From: Marsupella aquatica
Lineage: Eukaryota > Plantae > Marchantiophyta
Length of the DNA stretch: 64,000 bases
Reading direction: 5' to 3'
Assembly (NCBI GenBank): GCA_973895155.1
Contig: OZ316893.1
Span: 4,826,977-4,890,976 of the forward strand
Shown here: piece after piece, positions 20,942 to 34,886 of the stretch
Position numbering within the stretch: position 1 is the stretch's first letter
Layout of the letters: each line of letters begins with the position of its first letter
The notes under the pieces: generated by a model
The model's database searches: none
Told to the model about the DNA's origin: nothing
What the model saw: the letters and a program-made list of their open reading frames with translations, nothing else
Position numbers and translations under genes: made by a program

Positions 20942-22769
20942 TGTGGATCTTACCTTTTGGAAATCTGCGAACGCCAGGTTGAAACCTGGCAAAGGATAGC
21001 GGGGAAAGTGGTACGGTTCTTGTCGATAGCTCGAGCAGGTCCAGCCCTTAGACAACTATCGTCACTGTCATTGCATCAAGAATGTAAATGATGGCCGTTC
21101 TGTCAATTTGTCTGCCTTTAACCTTTTCTTCGTAGGATGCTGCGAAAACAGCATTAAGAATGCACAAGTAGCTGATCAAAAGAACCTGGGTCGAACCGAG
21201 AAGAGACAACAGCCAGCTGCAAGGAGCCCCGTGTTACCTATCTCTCAATACCCTCATGAGCCGTGATGCTCCACAATCAGCAGCCATAGTCATTTGACCG
21301 AGCAGAATGTTCGGTTGCACTTGCACTCCAGCAAAAACCAGCCACCATGGAGCCATAACTAGTATTCAATGCCAGAGGCTGAAGACGATTCTCTCAGGTC
21401 CGAGAATTATATGAACAAATCCTTGGGGATTGTGTCAGCGTGGGACAAAGAGCTTGACCATCTCAGGGAAAAGAGATCTGAAGCGCTTCTATCATCATCC
21501 AATTCTCAAAATCCCACTGGTCACTGAGTAGCGCGGTCTCCACAAAGTTCTGACTTGTTGCTAAACTTGGAAATCTCTCCCAATCCTTGTTGACAAATGT
21601 TAGACGCGTTCACGGCGAGTGTCGCTGGCATGAGCCTCTGCACGTAGGCTAGCTGCTGTACTGCTACACAGTTAACTCAACGAATCTGAATAAATTTATG
21701 ACTTTGACGAATCAAAGAGAAGCTCAGCTCACAGGTCCAACAAGCCTAGCTGCAGCTAGTCACCCAGTTTAGCTCTAAATCTGAACCCGAACCAACAAGT
21801 ACCCAGTCTCCAAAGCGAAGTCCAGTTGCTATTTCGACTGAGACTTGTCCCGAATGCAGCACAATCCACTGCAACTTCGACTCGGGGAAGTAGTGTTTAG
21901 ACAAGATCACTGATCAATGCTTGTTTAAGAGCAGGACAAATCACATTCCATCCCTTGCATTTTAGTCGACACCCTTGGTGTTTTGAGGGGAACTGGTTCA
22001 GAGTAACAGCTTACACCTGAAGCTAACTGCTATACTGCAGCAAGAGAGGACGTTTCATGCTCCTTGGAGGAAAATCTGTAGATGGATCAAGAGATGGTCT
22101 GAGGTGGTCGACCTGCCAGCTAAAGGTCAATTCTCTTCTATTGTTCTACATGCGGATGGGCAGGACAGCACGAGGACTTCGTGCGTGTAGAGCGAACGAA
22201 GCTCAAGTACAGTTAGGGATGAAAGCAAGCAGATCGACAAATTGATCTCCAGCTCTGGCGGAAGAGGAGAGCTGATCACGCACGCATAAGGGGGCAGACT
22301 AGATGGAAGAGAAACTCAATCGAAGAAGAACAAATCATGTCGTTTGCTGTGGCTAAATAAGAATTTCAGCCTCTCTTCTGAGCCACAAGCGCAGCTGGCG
22401 ATATGGAAACAATACGGACACCATGCATGGGACGGGACCGATCTCTATGGAAGAAGAAGTCCGAAACTTTTGAAGTATGGTACAGTTAGGAGCCTCTGGT
22501 CCCTGAAAGGACAGTACTGTAGGAGCCTGGCGGTAGCTCCGAAGGAATTGGCTGTGCGGGCAGATACCTGCGGCAGTCCACAGATAGTGTACACAAAAGG
22601 TCTGGCCTCTGGGCCCTCCTAAGTCACAACATGCTTGCATTCTACCTCCACTACTGGGGGCTTGTAGTACGAAGAGGAAGAAATCCGTATAGTATGAAGA
22701 AGAATCCAGCAGCAATAGCCAGGCAGATGCAATTTGATGGCTTGCTTGTCTTTTTGTAAGGCTGTGTGG

Positions 22770-23460
22770 ATAGTGCCTTAAATAAACACCCCCTTGAAGC
22801 TCACTAGCCTTCTTGGGGGCCAGAACTTTGCCCCTTCCAACTATTAATGTATTCTTCCCGCCTGCCCATTTAAAGATCGGTTGCTGTTCTGGCAGCATGA
22901 AATGTGACACCCCCGGCCAATCCGTTGATGGATGGAAAAGTCTGCAGATGGCCCAGGGTCCGCTCACATTGCCGCAACTGGGTTACTTACTGTTTGGGCA
23001 CGTCCACTTGCACACTATATTAGGCTGAGGGTCCGGCTCACATTCATGCACCTGTTCCCCCGCCGCATCCGGGTTTCTGTTTTGGCATCCACTTTGATGA
23101 CAATTGTGTCATTAGGGTTGGAAGCCAGGGTCCACATCATTCTGCCCCACTCATGCCCTTGGAGCAGGGGTTTGTGTTTTGGCATGCTTGGTGGTTTTAG
23201 CCCAGGCAATGCCAGGATGGTTCACTTACTTAGTCAAAAGTGTTAACTTATGTTTAGTTTTAGAAGGTTCTTTAAGTCTAGTGTGTAAACTTAACCCTGA
23301 GACATTGAAAATGTTTGTCCATTGACAGACTGGGGCCATGTGCCATTTCATGCTTCCAAAACAACAAGCTACATTTAGAAGGACAAGCGAGCAGGATGCA
23401 TTGGGAGTCAAGACAAGCAGGTTGGGGAGCTTTAACTAGGTGTTGATTTAATGCAATTTT
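22770..23460. mobile_element. Old, degenerate fold-back element
   Basis: 22880-22965 (GTTCTGGCAGCATGAAATGTGACAC...) pairs imperfectly in inverted orientation with 23285-23365 (...GTGCCATTTCATGCTTCCAAAAC); weaker pairing extends outward. Confidence 0.4.
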
Positions 23461-23553
23461 GTGTGTGTGGTTAGTGCACAAAGTGAATCGATAGTTCACA
23501 TACACTCATAGTTCTCATTTTTGTCTCAATTTGAAAAAGGACAATACTCTGTC

Positions 23554-23754
23554 CTTAAACCACACCTGCCACTATAAAAGCCCCATTCCATGTCTCACTA
23601 CTATCTATAAAGGTGGAACACTCAGCACCTTTTGTGGAGCACTTGCCCAAATAAAGGTTTTACTCTCAGCTGAAAGCCCATTCCTGAACTTGTGCACTTT
23701 ATAATGAGAGCTACTGGTAACCCGTAGCCCTTTATGGGGCAGTTGTGGTTTAAG
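23554..23754. mobile_element. Small MITE-like inverted-repeat element
   Basis: CTTAAACCACACCTGCCACTATAAAAG versus CTTTATGGGGCAGTTGTGGTTTAAG, imperfect ~26-bp TIRs. Confidence 0.55.
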
Positions 23755-24974
23755 CACCCCAAATAAAATTTCTTCAGCCATTTTAAGTTTTGGACACTGA
23801 TCTAAAACTTTTGAAAACTGAGCCTAGATGGACTAAGGGGTTTGTTGTGAGCCCGTATGGATTTCCAAAGCTTGGACTGGTGCCAAACATCTAATTAGAC
23901 TATGGTAACACCTCTTTATGATTATGACTGAAATCTCACCAGTAAATGGGCTCCTGACTACAGTGAGTTTGATTTAGTTTACCTGGTGCTAAGTCACTCC
24001 TCATGCCCAAACTATTTGGGGCGTTCTTCACAAACCTGAAGCGTCCTTCATAAAATTTGCAATTGGTCCGTTCCTCAAACTACTCAAAGCATCTTTCAGA
24101 AAGTGAAATGTCAGTTGGGGTTTCTTTTTATAAGATTTGAACATTTTTGTGTTTGTTGGAAATGGAGCAAAAGATTCATAAATTTTGAGATTAAACAAAC
24201 ATCTAAAATTTTCCCACATAAATGCACAAGTTTGCCAAAAACCAATAATTTATAATTGGCCTGGGTGCCTGGAAAAGCTACTTAGGGTGTCCTTAGCAAA
24301 AACAAATATTTCCAAAAGCAGTTGGTCACTCTTTCCCTGATGTAAATTTCCCTGATGACTTCCCATAGTTGAAACCTCTTGGTCTATCTGGGCTTAGTAT
24401 TCACAACTTTATTTGTATTTTGTTTTTTTAGGGGGGGGGGGTTTGGGGCGGGGGGACGGGAGACCGGGGGGGAGGCATACCAACCAAAACTAACAGATCG
24501 AGTCCAGAGAACATTTGCACCATTATTATTCTTCACATTTTCCTTGGATTTGGATCAAATCTCGAATGGAAGTCCCGTACAAACAATTCTATGTTCAACG
24601 AACAAATAACTAAACATCGACTTGTGCAGAGAGGAACATTTAGTAGTGTCTATCTCGTAATCTGGTCAGTCAGCTTCCTCTATCTACGAGATCGTACCGT
24701 ATTCATGCATCTGTCGCAGGGACGTACTGGCCTGCTACTCTAGCTGCTCCAGCCAGATTGTGTACTGTACCATGCTTTACATCAGTGGTGGGTCCTCCCT
24801 ATTTATTCATGAAAATGCAATCTCTAGCCCAGCCCTGGCCAGGATGCTCAGTTGCTCACCGTGGCGTACGATGCAGGCCCAACCCTGCACTAAATGCGTC
24901 CGCCCACAAAGTCCTTTTATAGGGTTCCTCTTTTTTGGGAAATACTACAGTGGATAGGTTTCACTACAAATGGT

Positions 24975-25145
24975 GGGTCCCCTAATTGCACATCAAAATA
25001 TAACATATACCACATGTGACATTTTTTCACATCATGATAAATTTCATTATTTTCTTTAAATTAATAAATACACATAATATATTTATTTAAATTAATAAAT
25101 ACACACCATATATGATCAGGTTTTGATGTATGATTACCTAGAGGG
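24975..25145 (+). repeat. Dispersed repeat, related copy inverted at 47565-47705
   Basis: The blocks GGGTCC..TAA.TGCACATCAAAATAT and CACACCATAT...TTTTGAT.T.TGATTACC are shared with the reverse complement of 47565-47705. Confidence 0.55.
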
Positions 25146-27706
25146 CAAGTGATGGGAGACTTTCTTTGCTTCCTTTTTGGGGAACACTACAGTATATAGT
25201 AAACACTGTAGTAATTAGTTGTTTCCTTCTTGTTTTGGAAATAAAAGAGTACGCACTACACAGAGTGACTCACCAATTATGAATTATATATATATATATA
25301 TATTGTAGCTAGGATGAATCTAGTTCACCAGGAATGCTGATAAACTTTTCCAGAGCGCATGGACTGCAGCAAGATCCTATTTTGTGCTCATATACAACAT
25401 ATCACACTCATGAGTCAGATGTGGCAAGAACATGAGAGAAGGTTCCCCAACCTTGAGATGACCCAGCACCTTTTCCGTGCCCACCTTGAACTTGAACCCT
25501 TGAACTTGCATATTCCTTGAAATTCAGCTGTCAGACCTACTCCCTAGAATGTCCAAATGCCTTCCCATCTCGCTGGTGCTCAACAATGTTTCTGCTCAAC
25601 ATTAAACATCACTAACTATATATAATACCCTTCAATTTACTGACATTTGTAGCTGATCAAAACTATTAGGACTTGAGATGCATTGATGCAAGAAGATTAA
25701 ATGAAATTGTCCATCCTTGTATTTGTAACATCCATCGATCACATTTAGGCAGGTGCCATTATTGGTTTTCAGCTCATCGTCTAATCATCTTCGGTTTTTT
25801 CTATGTTTTCTGAAAGCTCGTCTCATTGCTGAGAAAATGCGCTTTGCCAGAACAACCCAGGCTCACCCGCCTCAAAGAGTGAGGACGTGGAAAGGACCGT
25901 TCCATAAAAGTAATGTTCAGTCTGTGATACAAAGTGTGGCTATCAGCAGTTCGGCTGAAAAGTTCATTTCGATCCAGCGTCCACCTAAATCTTAAATGCC
26001 ATTTGCTCCAAATTTTATTATGATTCTCTAGTCATCATTTGGCCAATTTGTAACTCTCGCATCCTCTTGTCTGTCTCAGGATTTTCTATTTTATTATTAT
26101 TACGTTGCTGTTTCTTTCTCGTACTTTCTTTACTGATTCGGTGCTCCTCTGTTGATGGAATACAGTACGGTAATGCTCGTTCTTGCCGGGTACCTTCGTT
26201 TCGCTTAAAAATTGTAAAAGTACGGTGTACTATACTGATTAGATACGATACGCATACAGCGTACCCTCCAGTCTGCTATTTGTATGGTTCAGAGTCTAAT
26301 AAATAATCCTTCTTAACTTTACAAGAACGTACGACAGAATAAGATAATAAAGTGTTGAACTTTCACATATTAGTAGTCGTTTAATAAATGTTCTGTACGC
26401 CAAGGTAAGCAATAATCATACATTTTTCTGTACGGTAATGTACAATACAATACATTGGTACTTTGTACTTCCTGTATCGTTCAACAGATACAATACCATC
26501 CATCGCGTCATACCACTTGACACTTCCTTCAAGTCACTAGTTTCATAGTTCCTCTATCTACCTATCTCTCGCTATATATAGAGTCGGATATTTGGGTGAA
26601 ATAAAGTCAGATGAATAATATTATAATAAGCATGATAAGGAAAGTAAAGTTTAGTATGGTAGAACTGATATGAATTTACATGTACAGCATTCAAATTTTT
26701 AGTACGCAAAATTAGGTTATTTAGTAACATACACAAATTTGAATACACCCTGCTACTTTTATAAGGTAATTTTGAAAATTTTGACACTATATATGGGATG
26801 TATATGCTTAATTTACCTCCATATTCTATTTTTTACCTAATTTACCCTTTTTTGTACAGAGAGTACATGTATTTCTTGTATTCTCTACTACTGGGATAAT
26901 GAACCCCAGTTCATGGTATCACGGTGTACCCAAATTTTGAGTGCAAGCAACTTGACAGTTATCTTTACCGCATGATTTAGGGCCTGCCAAGACTGCAACA
27001 ACCAAGGATTTCAAAAAATGTCTGAATGCAAGACTAATAATGTATTAATATGCTTATTGCTAGCTAATGCGTCCTCTGAGAACATGCTCCAGTTATGTGG
27101 ACAAAACATTCTTCATTCTCTTGTCTAACTAAGAATTTTTGTCATATATTTTACTTTAATGTGCTTTAACAAGGTGCACCACTTGTATAATTTACATTTT
27201 AGATTAATTTGGCACCTTTCTAAGTGTTTTTAATCTTCCTATGCTAGAACTCTCATTCCTCACTACATTTACTTTTCAATATAGTGTATTCACCCCCTTT
27301 AACACATTTAATGGAATTTCTGTCCATTCTAGTGAATGAGAAAGAATTGATACTTTGAGTTGTAGACTCCTCCTGCTTTAAGTGCTCCTCAACCTTTATG
27401 TGCTAAGCTTAATATTGTGTTTATTGTGACCTAAGACGAGGGAGGATCTTTTGTACTTATCTGCACAATTGGTTTTTGATTTGAGTGTCATAATTTTTTA
27501 TTTGATGTGATAAGGCAGCCAATTATGAGTTTTTAATTAATATTAATGAGCATCTTTCTCTAAAGCAATGCAAGTGAGGTTTGTTTAATGATCGAGTGGC
27601 GGCTCAACATCATGGCAGCCCAAAATAACACTGTCAAGTTACTCAAAGTGCAAACCCTGGATTATTGCAAGGAGGGCAGGCAATTGACATGCAGCTGATA
27701 CCGGGT

Positions 27707-29115
27707 TGTGGTCTCATGATGGTAAATCATCAGTGCCAGATGCCTATAGAGGTTAACTCAGTCTTGGGTTGAACTATGGTTAGTATGTTAACTGGGGTTT
27801 CCTCTAACCCTAGTTGAAGAGATTGTTCCTTATCTTCTTCATGTTCTCAATGGTGTGACACACTAGAGAGTGCTTAAGAGAGAGCACAGAGCACATAACA
27901 AGAGATGAGAATTTGAAGAGGATCAGCTTCGGTGATAAATTTAAGTAGACACATAACCGCTAGTAAAGCTTTGTCATTCTTGTGGACGTAGCCAACCTTA
28001 AGGTGAACCACATAACAACTAAGTAAGTGCATGGCTGGAGTGTTTTCCTGATTAGATTTCTCCCCACAGTTGGTATCAAAGCTCAGGATTATTAGCTGAT
28101 TAAGACTCCATAGAATTTACTTCAAGCATAGCAAACGACGGATCTTTTCTATTTGGGACAGAGCTATTGGGAGAAGATTGCACTCAATCTTCTCACAAGT
28201 GTGGATAACACAATTGATTGCTCATTTCAGTGAAGCAATAATGGCTTGAGATCATAAATTGAGGTACTAGCAACTAAGGGTTTTCAGATTGAATTATCGG
28301 GAAAGAGATCAGTTCAATTTCTCATATCAGTCTTTCTTATATCCGGGCTAATATCTCTTTCCATACTTAAAATTTAGATAGGATTGAGCATGTTGTCTTT
28401 TTGAACATTTCAATATCAAAATAATTGAATACCGTCAAGCGGTTAAGAAGCAATCTCATTTTGAATTCTTTTCTTGAAGTCTATATTTTGGCTAGGGCGG
28501 ATAAGATAATATAAGTCATATTTTGCTAATTGTTTCTCCCTCAGTACTAGATCATTTCTAGTGTTCTTTATATTGATCTTGATGCCCTCAAAGTCTAGTT
28601 TTCAAATCTGCAATCAAATTTGGATTTTGTGAATAATTGAATAGGGGATTAGATTGAATATGCTGGGGGGCAAACAAAATTGGATGAACTTCAACTTTTG
28701 GGCAGGTTTATTTGGGAAAGCTAGCCATATATTGGTGTGTGTGATTTTGAAAATGGACAGTAATGGAATGTTGACATAACAGATTCATTCAAGGGGTATT
28801 AAACTGTTGTTTCTTACCCCCCTATATATGGTCAAAGTAAAAATGCTCCGCACTTGAGAGTTTTTTTGATACTGACACCGTTTTCAGATTTTTGGAGTGT
28901 TATCTTGTGAGCTACACACACAAATGGTGAGTTTAAATTTTCACACCAAGCATGAAGTTTTTTCTTGTTGGAAGGAGATTCAACACTACATTTAGTGTTT
29001 AGCAATGACAACTACTAGCTTGGAGGTCTAAAGTTTGAGGTGAAAAACTTTGATGGATGGATGGACCATACCATGTGGAAACGTAATGCGATGAATGCAC
29101 TAACTCAAGGATATA
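27707..29115 (+). mobile_element. Degraded 5' remnant of a related copia element (LTR, PBS and gag N-terminus)
   Basis: Putative LTR 27707-28068 (TGTGG...CCACA) shares GTGGACGTAGCC...AGGTGAACCAC with the intact LTR; PBS TGGTATCAAAGC at 28071-28082; frameshifted gag start at 29005 (MTTT/LGGLKFEVKNFDGWMDHTMWKR, similar to MGTFKLGGPKYEVTKYDGRSDYLLWEK). Confidence 0.75.
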
Positions 29116-29374
29116 GGCCTAGGCAAGGTATTAAGACTTCAACCCAAAGAGATGGAAGCCAATGATTGACATGAACTCTAGGATCACCCTGAGTGGCGAC
29201 AACCTCGTTATTTGACTCAACTACTTGCACAAGGATACTCTGAGGGCAAGCCTGATTTTGGCACACTTGGATGTTGTGCACATGTATCAAAATCTCTATG
29301 CCCAAATTCAATATTTTAAGAATATATAAATAGATAACCTTAAGACTTGGGGCATCAACTTAGTGTATATTCTA

Positions 29375-29582
29375 GGGTACCATGTGCGATCCTTGCCTAA
29401 TATTAATAGACATATTTCATAAAGAGAATATTCCAAGAATATAATTTATTTCCAATATTAATGACTTTGTAAAAGGTATACATTAAAGAATATTTTATAT
29501 TACCTTCTTTTGCCTCATACACTTTAAAAACATTTAGGTAATTTATATCTCAAAATACCTATTTTGGGTCGCACATGTTTCC
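29375..29582. mobile_element. AT-rich MITE-like element
   Basis: Imperfect TIRs GGGTACCATGTGCGATCC / GGGTCGCACATGTTTCC, flanked by TA on both sides. Confidence 0.5.
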
Positions 29583-30604
29583 TACAATTGTTGATAGTCT
29601 ATCCCTTGAGCCTCAAGGGGGATAAGTTACAACAAATATGGGGTCATAATTAATTACTAGTTACATAGTCCTACGATTTTGCTTTAGATTTTATGACAAC
29701 CATTCATATCAAGTGACCATCCATTTTGGCTTAATATGAAATCCAGAGGTCAGTTGTACAAAATATTCCAAATCTTAGATAAATTTTCCCAATACTACAT
29801 GGACTATTGTTTAGCACAATTTCTTTGTACAAGCCATGGCTCTCCATTCCATTTGACAAACATTCTCTTTGTTCCATCATTCAATGTTGTTCACTCACTA
29901 GTCAGTTGAGAGTGTTAATTGATGTCACAATGTCTGTCTTTGCTATATGATTTCACAAATATTCAGCCATCTCTCTATATATGGTCCTGTAGCAAAGGAC
30001 CATAGCTTATGCCTTCCAAGGTTCATATCTTGAAGCTCCGCCACTGATATAAAGAGTTCCATAAGCTTTCTAACCTTCTACAACAACATCACTCATTTCC
30101 TCCCCAAGAAACCCATGCATTTTTGAATAGCTGAGCCATTTTTGGCGTTTCTCTGCTCCCCCCCCCCCCCCCCCTTCTAAAAGTGGGTGTAATTGGTTTG
30201 ACAAGAGGCTGGATGCATTGGCTCCAGCGTGGTTCAATGTCCCCTTCTTTGTTTTCCATGGGAAGCCACTAAACAGTTGTGTTGTCTAGTTAAGCCCCCT
30301 TGAGGTGGTATTCTGAAAGCCATGAGGTGGCATTTTGAAAGGACCCCCCTTCTCATAAAGGTAGTACACTATCAGCGCTGTCTTCCGTATGAAGGGTCTT
30401 CTCTTTCACAGACGTTAGCACTCTTGTGTTGTTGGAAATATTAATATGGATTGTCTCTCTCTGCAGATTCTACAGAATCTGTTGTGGGTTTGCAGTGGTG
30501 AGTGAGCTGAAGTGGTAAGTGAGCTGAAGGGCTGGAAAGTTTCTGGCCCTTGCCCTTGGATCTGCTAAAATGCTCCCTTCAGGCTTGCCCCAGAAAGGGA
30601 TTGA

Positions 30605-30806
30605 GGCTTGAAAGTCTCGTTCATTCATACATTGCCCAAGACATTGCCATCAGTTAACTTAGGGCCTAACACAAGCAAGATAACTCTTACACAAGGAGTC
30701 TCAAAGTCCTTGGGCAGGCTTGAAAGTCTTGTTCATTCATAGATTGCCATCAGTTAGCTCAGGGGCCAAAATTATGAGGACCTAACACCCGCTAGATAAC
30801 TCTTAC
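30605..30806. repeat. Diverged tandem duplication, 2 x ~110 bp
   Basis: AGGCTTGAAAGTCT.GTTCATTCATA.ATTGCC...ATCAGTTA.CT.AGGG...AGATAACTCTTAC occurs twice. Confidence 0.7.
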
Positions 30807-33800
30807 TATGGGCTGATGGCTTTTGCCAGAAACAATGCCCCAAGCTTTTTCACAGGGTCATGTAAAAGTTAGTTTTCTTACAAGTCACCTGAGTGATTCA
30901 TGGTCATGGCATAAGAGCAATATTTATGGCAAAAAGTTACCCATAGTGAATTTGATAGTTCGTAGCTTTTTTCTTTTCCCTAACCTTGAAAAGCTAAGGT
31001 CCATAAAAATTTTAGGTTTGAGACACATCTATTAAATGCACTGCTTGACTACCTTTTGTTGTCAGGAGGTAGTCTATGCACTACCTGACCACTTTTTCTG
31101 GCGAGGAGGCAGCAGTCTGAATAGGGTAAGATAAAACTCAAATGAGTGGTCACTTCTTGTCCTCTCAAAGTCCCCCTTAGATTCTTTGCATAATCATGGC
31201 TGGGACCCGGGTTCCAGGCATGTCATTCATATGATGACTGATGGTAAGATGTGGGGCCCTGCCGATGACGAGTGTCGAGGCCTCGAGGGGCGTTACAAGT
31301 GACTCAGAGGGAGGAAACCCTGGAAGACCGGTCATAGGCGGTCGTTTGGAAGATCGGTGAAACGATGGGATACCGAATTACCGGGACCAGGCCGTCGCAG
31401 CAGACAAGAGTGTCTGCGTCAGCTACCAGGCGGGAAACACGGCTCACCTCCTTTTTGGACACAAACAGCACCCAACCCGCTTCTGTGCCCTGCCCCGTCG
31501 AACTGCCCGTCGTCGCCCTCCTCTTCGAAAGTTCATCTTGTTCGCACCCGGGAAATCGGAACAGGCGTCTGCAAAAAGGGATTTTATCACATTAATTGGG
31601 GCGCCCCAAACCACTGCCGTTTCTCGTGCCTAGAATGCTCTGGGGGCTGGGGCGGGTTTGTGGAGGACAAATCTATGGCTCGCGTAAAATGTCATTGTCA
31701 GCAACTTGGGGGTTCACTATACTGGCACCCTAATAACAACTTCTCTGAGCAAGAACGGCAGCTGGGTTGTGGAGTAAAAATCTATGGTTCTCGCAAGCAT
31801 GGCTGTCAGATATGGCAATGAGCATACTGGCACCATCACCGAAAACAGCTCTGCGCAAAATCATGAGCGTCCCTCAAGAATTGTCACGATCTACCCAAAA
31901 AGAAAGATAATATTGAGCTGACCCCGGACCTGGGTTGTGACCTTTCTCAAACTTAATATATCCCTCACATTAAGTCTGCCCCAAAGTTGTGTTTTGGAGT
32001 GGCTCACTGTAAAAAACCACAGGAAACAACTGCTTTAGTTTTAGATGCCCTATTCGTACCGTGCATCCGCGGCGGCCCTTTGTTTACCAAGATGAGCCCA
32101 ATGGTGCCGGTAAAGCTGATGCTGTAGCCCCGGTAAGACTATCTCCGGGGATAGAAAGAATGCTTGCCAAGCATCCGCAAACTGAATGCCGACTAAAATA
32201 ATCTTCCCGTTTGTGACAGCTCTGAATGATTGCTGGAGTCGACCTGGGTGGATTGAATGTGTATTGAATGTGCATTAAATAAGGCAAAACATTACTCGAT
32301 TTTTCTTTTCAGCCGAGACCCAACTCAATGTCGCAGTCAGCTAATAGTTGAAACGAGTGATCAATTGATGTATTGTGTCAAGAGAGTACCAAGAAGTCTG
32401 ATTTCGGATAATTAATACTGATTCCAATTCATCGAATTTTCTAGATCCATGATAAATTCAGCTGTTCATGTATCATGTATCACTCACTAGTCAAGCAAAG
32501 ATGATCAAGTTTGACACAGAGATCAAATTTTCCGGTCTGAGCTTTCAAATGAAGATGGCACGAAATGTCGTAATTTTCTATCATTGTTGGGACTCGGGAA
32601 GCATTGGCTACAACAGCGAGAAAGCTTCCGTCCCAAAGGATGAGAAAAAAGCACGAAGGACTTGGAAAGCAAATCATTCACGAATCATAGGTGAATCTGA
32701 GTCATGCATCGAACGAATCGCCGTCCCGGACTCGCTCTTTCGTGAGAACAATCACGGAACAAATTGATGACTTAAAGTGAAAAGTGCGGGGTGGGAACTG
32801 GGAAGAGAGAACTTGTCCTGCTGAGTGCGAAAACTTATCAGTGTCAGCTCACGCCCTAACCAAGCCAGGTGGAGGCAGCACAGCGCTTCTCAGAAAGACG
32901 GTGGCCATCAACCTTTATCGGCACTGACCACTGACCACTGTCCATTAGATTGCCATCAGATTTCCTCGGGGAGGAGCCACCAAAAATGGTGACATATAGC
33001 TTCCGTGGTGAAGAACGAGGCGACTCACAGTTAGCCTGACGAACATGTTAACGAGTGGATATATTTTTACGTTGCTTTACGATTAGACTCTACCCATCTT
33101 CACTTCCTAAGCACTCCTGTCTCTAGTTTCCTCTCATCGTAGGATTTCGATGTTGCGCGTTCCTAAATCTCACACCTACAGTACAATGTACTACGCCGTA
33201 GTGCGTGTACAAGTTCGCGAAATTGTTAATTAAGTCCTACATGTACTCGCCAGTACTATATGAACAGGTGACCTCACGTATGGACAAAAGTTTGGACAAA
33301 TAGTTGCGTCTCTTATTAGGTGACCATTCATTCATGTCAATAATTCCTTAGTTCCTCATGTGCCATACTTAATCCTCTAATAATGCTGGCTGGAGTTGCG
33401 TTAACTGCTCCAATTAACGGGGTGTTCTTAAGTGTGAGTTCATTCATTTGTGATGCATTTAATGCAATGCAAACCATCATAGGATTATAAAAGGTATAAT
33501 AAGAGGGCTGCCTTGAAGCGATGAGATTGCAAAATTTAATGCAAAGGATGAGTCTTGTTGAAGTAGAAGATACGACAAATTCTCACAAAGGAAGTGAGCT
33601 ACTCTCCTTGGACCAGGCAAGAGCTGGAGCTGCCTTGATTTTTTGACGGTGAAATTTGAGGTGATTCTTAATAACTCACATAAATGCTCTCTCACAATGT
33701 TCCGCAAAGTAAGGATTCAAGCATGGCAACTTTCTCTCGAAACGTTATAGATAATACAAGTCTTTGCTGCACTTGTCATAATTCTAAACACGGTTTCATC

Positions 33801-34886
33801 ATCGGTTACTCTTGCTCGCGTCATAAATTCCGAAGTCTAGTCATATATCAACCTCGTCTTATTTGCTACCGTCAATGAAGCTTTTACTCCAAACGCAACG
33901 CATATCCTCCCGTGTGATATTTTCAGCTTTCAAAGTCCTTACTCTACAGTTGCAGGTTTCCAACCTCGAAGGAACAGCGTATTACTGTACCCTTGGGTTT
34001 GACAAAGTTTTCAATGGGTCGAAATTATTAGCTAGGGAGTCATTTGGTCCTTCCGAACAGTGGGACTTGGGAGATGTGCCTTGCATCCCAGCAAGGGTGA
34101 AATATTTTTTTGTCGTGTGTTAGGGGGAGTTTTATCGTCACGTACTCATTGTATTCATATGGGGATGGGTATGTATTAATTGTCATTGGAAATGTAACTC
34201 TCCATTATTGTAGACACCCAACATATTGGGAAGAATGATTTGACACACGAGGTGAATTGATGGACGAATAAGTCTCGGAATCAGTACCCGTATGACAATG
34301 ATATTCTCAGATACAATTAAAGTTAGGAAGGGTGGAGGGGAGAACTTCTTACCAAGACCGTGACGGTCTGCCGGTCAAAATTCTAAAAGCATTTGTGCCA
34401 AAGTTGTAAATGGGATTTTCGTCCAAAGCACCACGTCTCCTGGGTTTAGGGTTTAGGAAATGGACTCCCTTCGGCCCCCATTCCCTGGAGCACATGCACA
34501 TTCCTTGCCTCCTAGACTCCTTCACCCCTCCATAGTTCCATAGTCAACAACCATAGCACCTTGTAGCTCTGTTGTCCTTGCAAGTGTATTTTGAATTTTA
34601 TTTTTTCTAAGTTGTACACTCAAGTTGAAGATTCTAAGAATGTTTTTTGTAAAATTTTCAGATGAATATTTTACCATGCAACCTTCCTAGATTTAAGGAT
34701 CTATGGGCAAATTCAGGAAAAGGCCCTCATGTGGCTTGGCCGGAAATGAACAGAAAAATGAACAGAAAAATGAACAGAAAAACACTGAGTAATTTTAACC
34801 AAAAGGGTTTCAGTGGAATTTTGCATAGTGGCTGAATTAAAAATATTTGGGGGAAGGGTGCCCTTAGTATTGTAGTGTCACTTTGG

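Noticed and set aside
22353-22967. 204-aa minus-strand ORF upstream of the ZOU-like gene
   Set aside because: Non-ATG start, no recognisable domain, and it overlaps a degenerate inverted repeat.
26514-26541. Possible Helitron 3' end (ACTTGA-N8-TCAAGT hairpin then CTAG|T)
   Set aside because: The hairpin is AT-rich and only 2 nt from CTAG instead of the usual ~10-12, and no 5' end could be identified.
34442-34457. Telomere-like GGGTTTAGGGTTTAGG
   Set aside because: Only about two units; too short to call an interstitial telomere.
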